Shown here in pieces: positions 9,721 to 20,185 of a stretch of 64,000 nt of DNA. The position numbers and the translations under genes were made by a program. The DNA comes from an uncultured bacterium (GTDB taxonomy: Bacteria > Patescibacteriota > JACMRA01): assembly GCA_963784355.1 (NCBI GenBank), contig CAWAQU010000007.1, forward strand, positions 96,001 through 160,000, in the 5' to 3' direction. The notes below the pieces were generated by a model. The model was given only the letters and a program-made list of their open reading frames with translations. It was not told where the DNA came from and did no database searches. The stretch's first letter is position 1. Each line of letters begins with the position of its first letter.

Positions 9721-12468
9721 TTATTTTACAGTTGTTCTAAGTTTATTTACTTCATCAAACAAATTGTTTAATGTACTTAATAATTCTTCTCTCATAACTT
9801 TTTGAGTTTTTAATTTGTTTAAATTTACCATATGTGAAATTAGCTGATCATCTTCAGTAGTCTCAGGTAAATATCTTTTTGCCATACCTTCCATAATTTT
9901 ATTGAAATATTCAGGGGTAATTTTATTTGTCTCTGTGTCTCTCCAACTTGTCGCACCTTCAATCTTTTTTGCATTTATAAGTATAGTAATCTCTTCTTTT
10001 AATTTTTGCTCAAATCCCATACCTATTTTCTTAAGGATGACTTTTCCATTTTTATCAGCACGCAAACCATCCATTAATTCATCTACTAAATTACTTGCTT
10101 TCTCATCCATTTTAATATGCAACGTGTCTTTCCAACTATTTAAAATTTTCTTTATAGATTTAACAATATAATTGTTGATTGATTCATCGAAATAAAGTTG
10201 GGCTGTGATTTGTTTGTCGCGATCAATACGCTTCTGTACAATTTCACCTGATTCACGTACAGGGAGATAGTAATTTCCTACTTCTTTATCACCGAATATT
10301 AAATCTGCAAATGAATTGACCATAGTTTCAAAACCTAATTTAGTTTTTCCAATACCATGGTTTTTTATACACTCAGAATATATTGCCTCAATTCTCTTTT
10401 TAATATCTCCTTGGTTCTTTTTAATGAGCTCTTCATTATTATTAATAAAATTCAATACTAAAGTTTCAAGTGTTTTTTTTGGATCAATATATTCGTTACC
10501 GTCTGACTTTTCCTTAGATTTTAAGTCTTTGAACTCCTTATCAAGTTTGGTAAAAATAGCCATGACTGATTCCATACTCATATCATCCATTTTCTCACCA
10601 GATTTTTTATTTTTCTCAATTTTAGCTTTATGTTTATTTATCAGTATTGTTCTTGCCTGATCAATAATAGCCTTCCATAAAATTTCGATTTTATCTTTTG
10701 GAACTTTATGTTTTTCAAATGTCATTGTAAAATACTCATGCAGTCCATTTAAATGAATTGTTAGTTCCACTTCACTTTTATCTCCATTATCTATAGTTTG
10801 GACAATTGCATCAATATAGCCTTTTATATCATCTGCCTGATTTTTATTAAATTTTGATTTGTCAAAGCTTAAAATGTGACCAAAAATTTCGTTTAAATCG
10901 TTATTAGATTTTTGACCACTAATGTTTGCAGAAAAGTTGCTTACCAGTGAAAGTATCGTTTTTATTTTACTAGCTAGAGCATTATTCATTTCTGCTGATT
11001 CTCCAATCTGTTTTGTTATTTCGTGAATCTTTTCAAGAAGTGAATTACCTTGATTTATAGTATCAGTTTTGTTAATAATTGCGTTTGCAGTATTATTTGG
11101 ATTATTGATAAATTGTTCAAATGAATTTAGAAACTCATCTAAAGTTTCGCCAATTGAATCAGTATTTATTTTTGGATTATTTTGAATAGAAAGCTTGAAA
11201 TCGTTTATATCTTTTCTTAGTCCTTTTATAAAATTCAGATTAAATATTTGACTCTCTTTAGCAAAACTTTTAATTTCGGGGCGTACAAAATTTTCGATTG
11301 TTCTCCTTTCGGCTTTCGGCTTTTCTTCTACTTTAGGTGAGGCCTTCTCTTCTGTAACCGACTTACTAGCCATAATTGCATTTAATACTGGTTTCTCATT
11401 TGATTTATTGTCACTTTTACCCTTTTGTAACTCTAATAAATCCATGATTTTTGAAACATTGCTGCTTTTGACTGAATTACTAGCTATCGACTCTTTGTTT
11501 TCACTAATCTTATTTTCTGCTTCAGATAAGTGTATATTTTCTCTATCAATTACTTTTTCTTTTACTTGACTTGAGACACTATTTCTAATTTTGGTAATGT
11601 CTAAATTTAACACTACAGCTGTATGAGGAGATAATTCTATAATCTCTTTTCTACTTAATAGCTTGATAAAAGAATCAGCCTGCTTAATTGTATTCAATTT
11701 TAGCAACTCATCTGTATTACCTGATTTGAATTCATTAACATTCTTTTCAAATATAGTAAAATTAGTGAGTATTATTTTCCCCAACTCTGGCTTATTTTTC
11801 CCCAACTCTGATCTTTCTATAATTCTCTTGATCATTTTAATATTTATACCTAACCTTTCTAAATTCACTTCATCTATATTCACATTTGATGCATTTAAAG
11901 CCATTAAATTCTCCATCTTTTTCTTTGCTATATTGAATAGTTGCGAGTTTTGCTCAGGCGGATTTACTGGTTGTTGTAGACCATCATCTTCATTTTGATT
12001 TTCTGAAGCCCCAAGCCTTTCTTGCTTATCAATTTTTGTATTCAGGCTTTTAAATATTTGAAAAGCTTTTCTAAATTCTAATTCATTCCTTGATGAAATT
12101 TTTTTATTTGGATTATTACGGTTAGTTAAATCCGAATATTGTTTAAGCGCCTGATCATAGGTAGAATTTGATTCAAGGATATCTAATATTCTACTTTGTA
12201 TATTGCTTTTCGCATTATCCCATTTAAAATTTTTTGGAATATTTCGCAGATTTCTGAATAAATTTAGTCTACTTCGATTTTCAGAAAGATATTCAGCCCA
12301 AAGCGTTTCTAAAATTTCTTCTCTTCGCGATTCAGGTCTATTACGAAACTCTTTTTCTAAAGAATTGTCATTTGTAATTTGCTGTTCTTTGGTGATTTTA
12401 TTTGAACTTAAATTTAATTTTTCATTCATACTAGTAATTTTTGAATTTTTTGCTTTAGAATAGCACAA
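9721..12468 (-). CDS. Large K/E/N-rich hypothetical protein (start likely ATG 12429)
   Basis: 915-aa ORF; no motif recognised. Confidence 0.75.
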   Translation of the reverse strand: MCYSKAKNSKITSMNEKLNLSSNKITKEQQITNDNSLEKEFRNRPESRREEILETLWAEYLSENRSRLNLFRNLRNIPKNFKWDNAKSNIQSRILDILESNSTYDQALKQYSDLTNRNNPNKKISSRNELEFRKAFQIFKSLNTKIDKQERLGASENQNEDDGLQQPVNPPEQNSQLFNIAKKKMENLMALNASNVNIDEVNLERLGINIKMIKRIIERSELGKNKPELGKIILTNFTIFEKNVNEFKSGNTDELLKLNTIKQADSFIKLLSRKEIIELSPHTAVVLNLDITKIRNSVSSQVKEKVIDRENIHLSEAENKISENKESIASNSVKSSNVSKIMDLLELQKGKSDNKSNEKPVLNAIMASKSVTEEKASPKVEEKPKAERRTIENFVRPEIKSFAKESQIFNLNFIKGLRKDINDFKLSIQNNPKINTDSIGETLDEFLNSFEQFINNPNNTANAIINKTDTINQGNSLLEKIHEITKQIGESAEMNNALASKIKTILSLVSNFSANISGQKSNNDLNEIFGHILSFDKSKFNKNQADDIKGYIDAIVQTIDNGDKSEVELTIHLNGLHEYFTMTFEKHKVPKDKIEILWKAIIDQARTILINKHKAKIEKNKKSGEKMDDMSMESVMAIFTKLDKEFKDLKSKEKSDGNEYIDPKKTLETLVLNFINNNEELIKKNQGDIKKRIEAIYSECIKNHGIGKTKLGFETMVNSFADLIFGDKEVGNYYLPVRESGEIVQKRIDRDKQITAQLYFDESINNYIVKSIKKILNSWKDTLHIKMDEKASNLVDELMDGLRADKNGKVILKKIGMGFEQKLKEEITILINAKKIEGATSWRDTETNKITPEYFNKIMEGMAKRYLPETTEDDQLISHMVNLNKLKTQKVMREELLSTLNNLFDEVNKLRTTVK

Positions 12469-12540
12469 TACTAATCTCCTCAGTTAATAGCTGTGACTTG
12501 TCAAGAGATTTTTAGATGCTTTATATTGTCATTGAGGAAT

Positions 12541-12568
12541 AAAAAAACCGGCTTTTTAGGCCGGAAAA
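12541..12568 (-). terminator. Intrinsic terminator after the 858-aa adhesin gene
   Basis: Minus strand reads CCGGC-loop-GCCGG followed by T7. Confidence 0.75.
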
Positions 12569-12604
12569 TAAACTATTATTCAAATCATTATTTTTTTAAC
12601 TAAG

Positions 12605-15181
12605 TTATTTTAATTTAACTTGTTTTTCACTAAATTTATTAGTTGATTTGGTATAAAATCTGTAGATTAAATAACCTCCTCCAATTGATAACATGCTCAA
12701 AATAAAGCTCATTCCTCCAGTTCTAATTAAAGTATCATTCCCTGAAGATGTAACTAAATTACTTACAGTTACTTTCTTACCTGTATCTATAAGACCACCT
12801 GCATTTATCTTGGCAAAAATAGGTTGAGATCCACTAATACTACCTACTGGTACATTGGTACAAGTAAAGTTAACTCCATTTACTATACAACTGTCACTTA
12901 ATCTGTTAGTATTTCCAATACTAATTTTTAAAGTATTACCTCCTAATTGTTTATTAGCTGGTAAATTACCATTACATGTGGTCATGGAATTTGCGTACAC
13001 AAATTGAGAACAAGTAAATGTTAGAGTGTTGAGGTCATTTTCAGTAAGTGTAGTTGGAGTAGTAGTTGTGTTTCCACCTCCACCATTAGTGTTTCCACCT
13101 CCGTTATTTCCTCCACCGCTTGTATCACCATTTGCAACTACAACTGAATCAATAACTGCATTAATTACATTACTGGTTGAAGCTAGGATATCAAATGTAC
13201 CATTAGAATTTCCTACACTAGCAGTACAACCTGAAATAGTTCCGTCTGAAAGTGTATTACATGTTGCTGCAGTGCCGTTTGGTCCTACTTTGATAGTAAG
13301 GCTAGGAGCTGTAACGTTAGCTGGTAATTGACCTGCGCAAATCACGTTTGCATTAGGGGCAACTGAATCTGGAGCACAATCAATTGCAGTATTGAGCTGA
13401 GCTGCAGTAGCTTTAGTGGTAAATTTTGTAGGAATGTTTAAATTTGGTACGCCTTGGGAGCTTAATACACCGTTGGCTGTACCCGTGCTAGCATTGTCTG
13501 GAATATTCTGACCACTATTAGGGACAAAATTACCTCCTTGTATTGTTCCTGTAACTTGAGTAGTTGATCCTGCTGGTGTAAAAGTAGCAGCTGTGTCGTT
13601 GGCTAGAGTATTACCGCTTAGATTGATTGTAGGAAAAGCATCACCAATGTTTCCAGTTACTACTGTAGTAGGGTTACCTAAATTGGATGTTTGATTAGTT
13701 TCAAATGCACCTGCGTCACATTTAGCTCCATTTGGTCTACTATTTCCCAATTGATCAGTAGTTAAATTATTACCGTTATAGTCTGTACAATCAGCTGTTA
13801 CTACACTATCAATTGCTACGCTACCTGTTTGTAGTGGTAAAACTTGCAATCTTCCATCAGTAACTACACCACCCAGTTTTAACTGATCAACTGTAGCATT
13901 AGTAAAGTTGGTAGCAGTATCTGCATTAGCGTTTGCACATGAAGCATCAGTTACAAAATTTTTACCTGAACCCTTAATTTTATTTGCACAAGCATTGCCG
14001 GTAGATTGGATAATACTATTCTTAATTTCAATACCAACTCCATCATTATACCCGTTAAAAGTGTTTCCCTGAGCTCTTGCAATATTGTCTTTAAATGTGG
14101 AATTTACAATTACTACGTTGTCACCACCAACAGCACCACCATAATTTGCTATGTTTCCTATAAAAGTACTATTAATTACTCTAGTTGGAGCTTGACCTTG
14201 ATTGGTTGAGGTAGATTGTAATTTACTACTACTTATCGCACCACCATAAGCGTAAGTGGAGTTAGTATCAAATGTTGTAGTTTTGTTATTTATAAATGTA
14301 CTGTTGGATATGATCATGTTTGATGCAGCAGCTATAGCACCACCACCGAAATATGTAAGTGTAGAATTGTTTGCAAAAATACTATTATTAATAACACCTT
14401 TACATCCGGTTTCAGTTACAATCGCACCGCCATATTGTTTATCATTATTGGTAAAACTAGTATTGTTTATGTTCAAATTTGCAGTAATCTGTTGAGGTAC
14501 ATTATTTTGATAGCATGAAATGGCACCACCACCATAACCCCAATTGTAGTTACCTTGTAATCCGTTGTTTGTAAAAATAACATTATCAGTATTTAAGATA
14601 GTGGATACCCATGTTGCGATTGCTCCTCCGGTTTCATTACCTGGATTAAATCCATCAATAGTTAAATTTTTTAGACTTAAAACACCCCCATTATCAACAC
14701 TTAATAATCTAAAATAGTTTGAACCGGTTCTTTTTAAAGTTGAGTTATTACCTTCAATAGTAACATCAGTATAGATAACAGGTAAAGCATCATTTCTATG
14801 ATATGCAAATTCACTTGTTGGACTAATAAATACTGTTTTTTTGGTGAAATTAAAATTAGCGAAAGATGGTAAAACAATAGTGTCACTACCACTTCCTGCT
14901 GTGCAGGAATCCTTTGCTGTGTCTGTGTTTGCTGAGATGATTGCTTCTGCTAGAGAGCAATTTCCATTATTTGCTACAGGTTCTTCAATTACATTTGTAG
15001 TTACATTTATTGTACTATTTGCCGCTAAGGCTTTTTTCGTAACTGTATTAAATAAAACAATATTTGTTATTATTGTTGTACATACGGTCAAGACAAAAAA
15101 TCCTAAGAAAATGTAGGTCAACCTATTTCTAGTGCGTTTTTTTTCAGCACGTTTATCCGTGTTAACAAGTTTTTTGTTCAT
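12605..15181 (-). CDS. Surface adhesin: CSLREA-like motif, Pmp-like GGAI/FxxN beta-helix, choice-of-anchor-Q-like domain, Cys-paired repeats, C-terminal LIRTGG-TM-basic tail
   Basis: NGNCSLAEAI, repeated GGAI and FxNN, TDQLGNSRP..CDAGAFE, N-terminal TM helix, C-terminal LIRTGG plus hydrophobic stretch plus Lys-rich tail. Confidence 0.85.
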   Translation of the reverse strand: MNKKLVNTDKRAEKKRTRNRLTYIFLGFFVLTVCTTIITNIVLFNTVTKKALAANSTINVTTNVIEEPVANNGNCSLAEAIISANTDTAKDSCTAGSGSDTIVLPSFANFNFTKKTVFISPTSEFAYHRNDALPVIYTDVTIEGNNSTLKRTGSNYFRLLSVDNGGVLSLKNLTIDGFNPGNETGGAIATWVSTILNTDNVIFTNNGLQGNYNWGYGGGAISCYQNNVPQQITANLNINNTSFTNNDKQYGGAIVTETGCKGVINNSIFANNSTLTYFGGGAIAAASNMIISNSTFINNKTTTFDTNSTYAYGGAISSSKLQSTSTNQGQAPTRVINSTFIGNIANYGGAVGGDNVVIVNSTFKDNIARAQGNTFNGYNDGVGIEIKNSIIQSTGNACANKIKGSGKNFVTDASCANANADTATNFTNATVDQLKLGGVVTDGRLQVLPLQTGSVAIDSVVTADCTDYNGNNLTTDQLGNSRPNGAKCDAGAFETNQTSNLGNPTTVVTGNIGDAFPTINLSGNTLANDTAATFTPAGSTTQVTGTIQGGNFVPNSGQNIPDNASTGTANGVLSSQGVPNLNIPTKFTTKATAAQLNTAIDCAPDSVAPNANVICAGQLPANVTAPSLTIKVGPNGTAATCNTLSDGTISGCTASVGNSNGTFDILASTSNVINAVIDSVVVANGDTSGGGNNGGGNTNGGGGNTTTTPTTLTENDLNTLTFTCSQFVYANSMTTCNGNLPANKQLGGNTLKISIGNTNRLSDSCIVNGVNFTCTNVPVGSISGSQPIFAKINAGGLIDTGKKVTVSNLVTSSGNDTLIRTGGMSFILSMLSIGGGYLIYRFYTKSTNKFSEKQVKLK

Positions 15182-15202
15182 ATTTTTGTTTTTACAATTA
15201 AA

Positions 15203-15231
15203 AGTATATCTTACTTTTTTTGTTTATGCAA
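15203..15231 (-). promoter_or_regulatory. Sigma70-type promoter of the 858-aa adhesin
   Basis: TTGCAT-N17-TATACT on the minus strand, just upstream of ATG 15181. Confidence 0.7.
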
Positions 15232-15249
15232 GAAATTACGATTCAGTCT

Positions 15250-18200
15250 TTAATTGGGTTTTGAGGACTTAATTAAATATTCTTTAAAGTCTTTTGCAGG
15301 AATAGGCTTACTGAAGAGAAAACCTTGTACTTCGTCGCATGATTGCGCTGATAAAATATCAAATTGGTTTTTAGTTTCAACTCCTTCAGCTATAACTTTT
15401 AAATTAAAATTGTGAGCCAGAGAAATAATCGCTTTTGTGACTGCCATATTTTGGCTATGTTTGGTCATGTTGCGAATAAATAGCTGATCTATTTTTAATC
15501 CGTTAATGGGCAATCTTTGTAAATAGGTTAGGGAGGAATACCCTGTACCAAAATCATCAATCAGTAATTTTATGCCCATCTCTTTTAATTTATAAAAAAT
15601 ATCAATAGTACTTTCAGTATTTTCAATAAATACATTCTCAGTTAATTCAAGCTCAAGGTATTTTGGGTCCAAAGATGTGCTCTCAATAACCTGAATAACA
15701 TTTTTAAGGACCTGCTTTTCAGTTAATTGCTTAAAAGATAGGTTTACGGCAACCTGTATTGGGCTGATACCCATTTTTTGCCACTCTATATTTTGTTTAC
15801 ATGCAGTATATAATGCCCATTTATCAATTTCAGTAATTAGTCCTGTTTCTTCGGCAATAGGTAAAAATTCGCCGGGAGAGAGTATTATGCCTTTCTTTGG
15901 ATCGTTCCACCTTGTGAGTGCTTCACAGCCTACCACCTTGCCGGTTTTTATATTGACCACTGGTTGATAATACAATTCAAACTCGTCATTTCTTAGTGCA
16001 CGTCTAATATCAGCCTCAATTTCTAAAAGCTTAACCATTTGGGTGTGCATAGAACTGCTAAATACTTCATAGCAATTTTTGCCTTTGTTTTTTGCCCTGT
16101 ACATCGCTGTATCTGCATCTCTCAACATATCTTCAGGGTTTGTATAGCTTATATTTGCCGGAGTTATACCAATGCTCGAGGTTACAGATACAGAATACTT
16201 CTTAATTTTAAAAGGCTGATTTAATTTTTTCTGGATTTTATTGATTGCTATAATTACTTCCTCTAAATCTTTGACACCTTCAAATAAAATGGTAAATTCA
16301 TCTCCACCCAATCTTGCGATAGTATCATGCTCTCCTAAGCATTTTTGTAGGCGATTTGCTATATCTACAAGTAACTTGTCTCCGGAGGTATGGCCCAAAC
16401 TATCATTGATGATCTTGAATCTATCTATATCTAAAAAAGCAACTATAAAATAATAACTAGGATCCCGTTTTTTTCTATCCATCGCAGTTTTTAGCTTATC
16501 AATAAACAACTTTCCTTTTGCAAGCCCTGTCAGTGAATCATAATATGCTTCCTTTCGAAGTTGCTCTTCCATTAATTTTCTTTTACTTATATCCTCAATA
16601 GTTCCTAAAATTTGATTTGGACTACCATCTTCGTTTCTACTAAAAACAATTTCGCGATTGTATATCCATTTCCAGAGTCCATTTGCATCTTTAATACGGT
16701 ACTCAGTCTCAACTACTTCGTTTTGTTTTGCCGTAGCTAGCAGTTTCTTGCTATTTTCTCGTTTTGAAATATCCTCAGGATGTACAAAATTGTTATAAAA
16801 GGTAATATTGTTATCTATGATATAATCTGCACTATACTCGACAATATTTTTTATTGCCTGATTGACATAAAGGACTTTGTTTTCATTGCTATCATGCAAA
16901 TAAACTATATTCGGTGTAGCATCAACAACCCCTTGAATCAGTCTCTGGGTTTCATATAAATCAGCCTCTGCTTTTTTTCTTGCGCTTACATCTCTAGAGT
17001 TAATAACTATACCTTTGATAATAGGATCATTTAGCAAATTGGACACTACGGATTCTATATAAATCCATTCGCCGTTTGCGTGCTTCACTCTGTATTCTAC
17101 TGATAAATTTTCATCTTCCCTATAAGCTTCAATAAATGCTTTTTCCAAGCTCTTCAAATCTTCAGGGTGAATATAAGCATTTGCATCTTTTCCAATAAAT
17201 ACTTCGGGTTCATAGCCCAATATTCCTTTTATTGAGGGGCTTTCATATATAATTTTACCATTTTGTTCAACAACAGTTATGATATCAGATGAATTTTGCA
17301 CTAAAGATTTAAACCTTTTTTCACTTTCCAGAAGAGCAATAGTAGCTTTTTTTCTATCATTAATATTTAAAATACTTAAGCTTACACCAATTACTCTGTT
17401 TTCCTCAGCGTAAACGGGAGCGTAGTTAAATTCAAACCATAATTCTTGCTCATCTTGACTTTTAACTTTTCTTTCAATTTTTACATTCTTACCATTTAGA
17501 GCGGAAGTATAGTTTTGAATAAAGCTATTTGTATTTTCAGTTGAGATATATTCCCGATAATCTTTACCTTCAACTAGTTTTTTGCCAAGTATCTTGATAT
17601 CTATTTCTTCAGCTAATTTGTTAAAAGCTAAAAGTCTGTAATTGTCATCTAAAAGAACAAATGCCTGGTGGCTACTGTTAAAAATTGCTTTAAGATTAGC
17701 CTCTGATTTTTTTAGAGCAGTTTCGGTTTCTTTCTGTGTACTTAAATCCAAAGCAAATGCCACACAGTTGTTTTGTGTGCCTGGCATTAAGGCAAACCCT
17801 AATAACACAGGAACTAATTTACCATTCTTTTTGATAAAGTGCTTCTCAAATGGTGGGCAAGCTCCTTTTTTCTTGGCTTCTTCTATTTTAATGTAATCCT
17901 GTTGGATCTGGTCTTCAGGTGTCATTTTATCCCATTGTACAATCCCGGCATCAAAATCCTCTCTTGTGTAACCCACTATTTTCAAAAACGCGTCATTGGC
18001 TTCAATGTAATTACCGTCAAAATCACCTATAGTTATACCAATAATATTGGATTCAACCAATCTTTTAAAACTTAACTCACTGAGCCTAAGTTGTTCTAAA
18101 GAATCTGTATGACTAGTCAGAGACTTAATAAGTTGGGTAACGTCCTGTGCTCTAAGTATATAAAAACTTTCACTCTCATCATCTAAATTATCAAAATGAC

Positions 18201-18468
18201 AGTTCCAATTTACCAAGTCACCATTTTTTGATTTTAAAGTGTATACACCATTTTTAAATTTTTCCCCTGATTTAGCTTCAGGATTAGTTTCCTTGATCCA
18301 GCTAGTTAAGTTGGGGAAATCATTCACCTCAAATTTAATTGCTTCAGAAGCAGCCTTATTTACAAAAACTACTTTCCCTTCTTTGTTATATATAATGATG
18401 GCGGAAGGCGCTTCAAAAACTGCCCTTTGGAATATTTTTCTATTGGATTCTATTTCATTTAAACTCAT
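15250..18468 (-). CDS. Multi-PAS diguanylate cyclase/phosphodiesterase (about 5 PAS, GGDEF, EAL)
   Basis: PAS/PAC motifs (IHPED, VHPED), ARLGGDEF, CEAL, DDFGTGYSS, AEGVET. Confidence 0.95.
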   Translation of the reverse strand: MSLNEIESNRKIFQRAVFEAPSAIIIYNKEGKVVFVNKAASEAIKFEVNDFPNLTSWIKETNPEAKSGEKFKNGVYTLKSKNGDLVNWNCHFDNLDDESESFYILRAQDVTQLIKSLTSHTDSLEQLRLSELSFKRLVESNIIGITIGDFDGNYIEANDAFLKIVGYTREDFDAGIVQWDKMTPEDQIQQDYIKIEEAKKKGACPPFEKHFIKKNGKLVPVLLGFALMPGTQNNCVAFALDLSTQKETETALKKSEANLKAIFNSSHQAFVLLDDNYRLLAFNKLAEEIDIKILGKKLVEGKDYREYISTENTNSFIQNYTSALNGKNVKIERKVKSQDEQELWFEFNYAPVYAEENRVIGVSLSILNINDRKKATIALLESEKRFKSLVQNSSDIITVVEQNGKIIYESPSIKGILGYEPEVFIGKDANAYIHPEDLKSLEKAFIEAYREDENLSVEYRVKHANGEWIYIESVVSNLLNDPIIKGIVINSRDVSARKKAEADLYETQRLIQGVVDATPNIVYLHDSNENKVLYVNQAIKNIVEYSADYIIDNNITFYNNFVHPEDISKRENSKKLLATAKQNEVVETEYRIKDANGLWKWIYNREIVFSRNEDGSPNQILGTIEDISKRKLMEEQLRKEAYYDSLTGLAKGKLFIDKLKTAMDRKKRDPSYYFIVAFLDIDRFKIINDSLGHTSGDKLLVDIANRLQKCLGEHDTIARLGGDEFTILFEGVKDLEEVIIAINKIQKKLNQPFKIKKYSVSVTSSIGITPANISYTNPEDMLRDADTAMYRAKNKGKNCYEVFSSSMHTQMVKLLEIEADIRRALRNDEFELYYQPVVNIKTGKVVGCEALTRWNDPKKGIILSPGEFLPIAEETGLITEIDKWALYTACKQNIEWQKMGISPIQVAVNLSFKQLTEKQVLKNVIQVIESTSLDPKYLELELTENVFIENTESTIDIFYKLKEMGIKLLIDDFGTGYSSLTYLQRLPINGLKIDQLFIRNMTKHSQNMAVTKAIISLAHNFNLKVIAEGVETKNQFDILSAQSCDEVQGFLFSKPIPAKDFKEYLIKSSKPN

Positions 18469-18846
18469 ATATTGATTTTTATTAATAAATTTGTTAGTAG
18501 CCTGCAGCCCCTTAAATTACCTAAGATACTATATATACACAATTTTAGCTGAGTATACCGTTTGCAATGAAAACAGGCTATAAAATGGTAGTTAAATTTG
18601 ACAAATTCTAAATGTCAACTGACTATTTGTTTTAGATATTTTTGTTTAGTTTTCTGTTAGTACAGAAGTTAGATTAATTTACCGGAATATGTCAAAGGAT
18701 TTGTTAATTATTAAGTATTTAAAATTGCTAGACTAGTATCATTTGAAGTGGTTATAGATGTATTTCAATTGTCTTTTTATTTCATTTGTTCGCATAGTCT
18801 TTGACTAATTATAACATATTTACTAACTTTAAGCAAAATCAAACAT

Positions 18847-20169
18847 ATGAACTTAATTTCTGATCTTACTAAACAAGAATATAATAAGCAAAAAAATACC
18901 CTAAACTTAATTGCCTCTGAAAATTACCCTTCACCTAAAGTTTTAAAGTTATTAGGATCTGTATGGAGCAATAAATATGGAGAAGGCTATCCCGGTAAGC
19001 GTTATTATGCTGGAAATCAATTCACTGATGAGCTAGAGACTTTTGTACAAAACAAAGCATTGGAAGTATTTGATACAACGGGTGAGTATGGAGTAAATGT
19101 ACAAGTGTTGTCAGGTACTCCTGCAAACATCATGGTTTTTCTATCCGTGCTTAATTATGGAGATACGGTACTTTCCCTAAGTACTGATAATGGTGGACAT
19201 ATTTCACATATGCACAAAACTAGTCGCTGGCTAAAATTTTTTAAACTTGTAAATTATGATTTAAAGAAAATTGTTGCAAATACTTTTGAGATTGATGTTG
19301 AAGATTTTAAGAAAAAAGTGCTTGAGCACAAACCAAGACTAGTTATAATTGGCTGTTCTGGATATCCAAGAAAATATGAATTTGCTGAGATGACTAAGTT
19401 TGCCCATGAAAATGGTTGTTTGGTTCTTGCGGATATTGCTCATATTAATGGGCTAGTGGCTACTGGATTGCACGATACTCCATTTAAGAAAGGTATTGAA
19501 GGAGCAGATTTTGTTAGCATGACAACTCACAAGACTTTAAGAGGACCTAGAGGAGCAATTATTTTTGCTAAAAATTATATGCCAGAATATGCTAATTTAA
19601 CAGAATTAGAGCTACAAACGTCGTCAAAAACTAGACAAGCAAGTAGTTTGATTGAGGTGATTGATAGAACTATTTTTCCAGGAAGTTCAGGCGGTCCTCA
19701 TTTTCATCAGATTGCTGCAACAGGTCAGTGTTTGATGGAAATTTTGGGTGAAGATAATTATCCTGACAATCAAGATTTTAAAACATATTCTGAAAATGTA
19801 ATTAAAAATTGTAAAATTCTGGAAAATACTTTAGCTGATCAAGGTCTACAAATCATAAGTCCGACACAGAATCACCTATGTATGGTCAAATTACCTCTGG
19901 AAATGGATAGCCTAAGTGTACAACAAAAACTTGAAAATATAGGAGTCATTACCAACCGAAACACATTACCTTTTGATGATAAAACAGCTTGGAAACCTGG
20001 TGGTCTGCGTCTTGGTAGTCCGGCACTTACAAGTAGAGGTTTGACTGAAAACGGGGCATTCGAATTAGGCAAAATTATTTCGGATTCTGTGTTTGACAGG
20101 GTAGGTGAAGTTGCACTTAAGACCAGAGTAGATGAATTAGCAGCTTGCTTGAATTGGTGGTATATCTAA
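18847..20169 (+). CDS. glyA: Serine hydroxymethyltransferase
   Basis: LIASENY, NKYGEGYPGKRYY, TTHKTLRGPRG, GLRLGSPALTSRG. Confidence 0.96.
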   Translation: MNLISDLTKQEYNKQKNTLNLIASENYPSPKVLKLLGSVWSNKYGEGYPGKRYYAGNQFTDELETFVQNKALEVFDTTGEYGVNVQVLSGTPANIMVFLSVLNYGDTVLSLSTDNGGHISHMHKTSRWLKFFKLVNYDLKKIVANTFEIDVEDFKKKVLEHKPRLVIIGCSGYPRKYEFAEMTKFAHENGCLVLADIAHINGLVATGLHDTPFKKGIEGADFVSMTTHKTLRGPRGAIIFAKNYMPEYANLTELELQTSSKTRQASSLIEVIDRTIFPGSSGGPHFHQIAATGQCLMEILGEDNYPDNQDFKTYSENVIKNCKILENTLADQGLQIISPTQNHLCMVKLPLEMDSLSVQQKLENIGVITNRNTLPFDDKTAWKPGGLRLGSPALTSRGLTENGAFELGKIISDSVFDRVGEVALKTRVDELAACLNWWYI

Positions 20170-20185
20170 ACTTTGTGACTTTAAT

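Noticed and set aside
18495-18595. Possible c-di-GMP-I riboswitch upstream of the GGDEF-EAL gene (GCAAA...GGGCTGC, TAGCCTG/CAGGCTA)
   Set aside because: No GNRA tetraloop/receptor pair or second GCAAA could be found
18598-18618. TTGACA-N9-TGTCAA palindrome as an operator
   Set aside because: Could be two opposed -35 hexamers or chance; no adjacent regulator and no second copy seen
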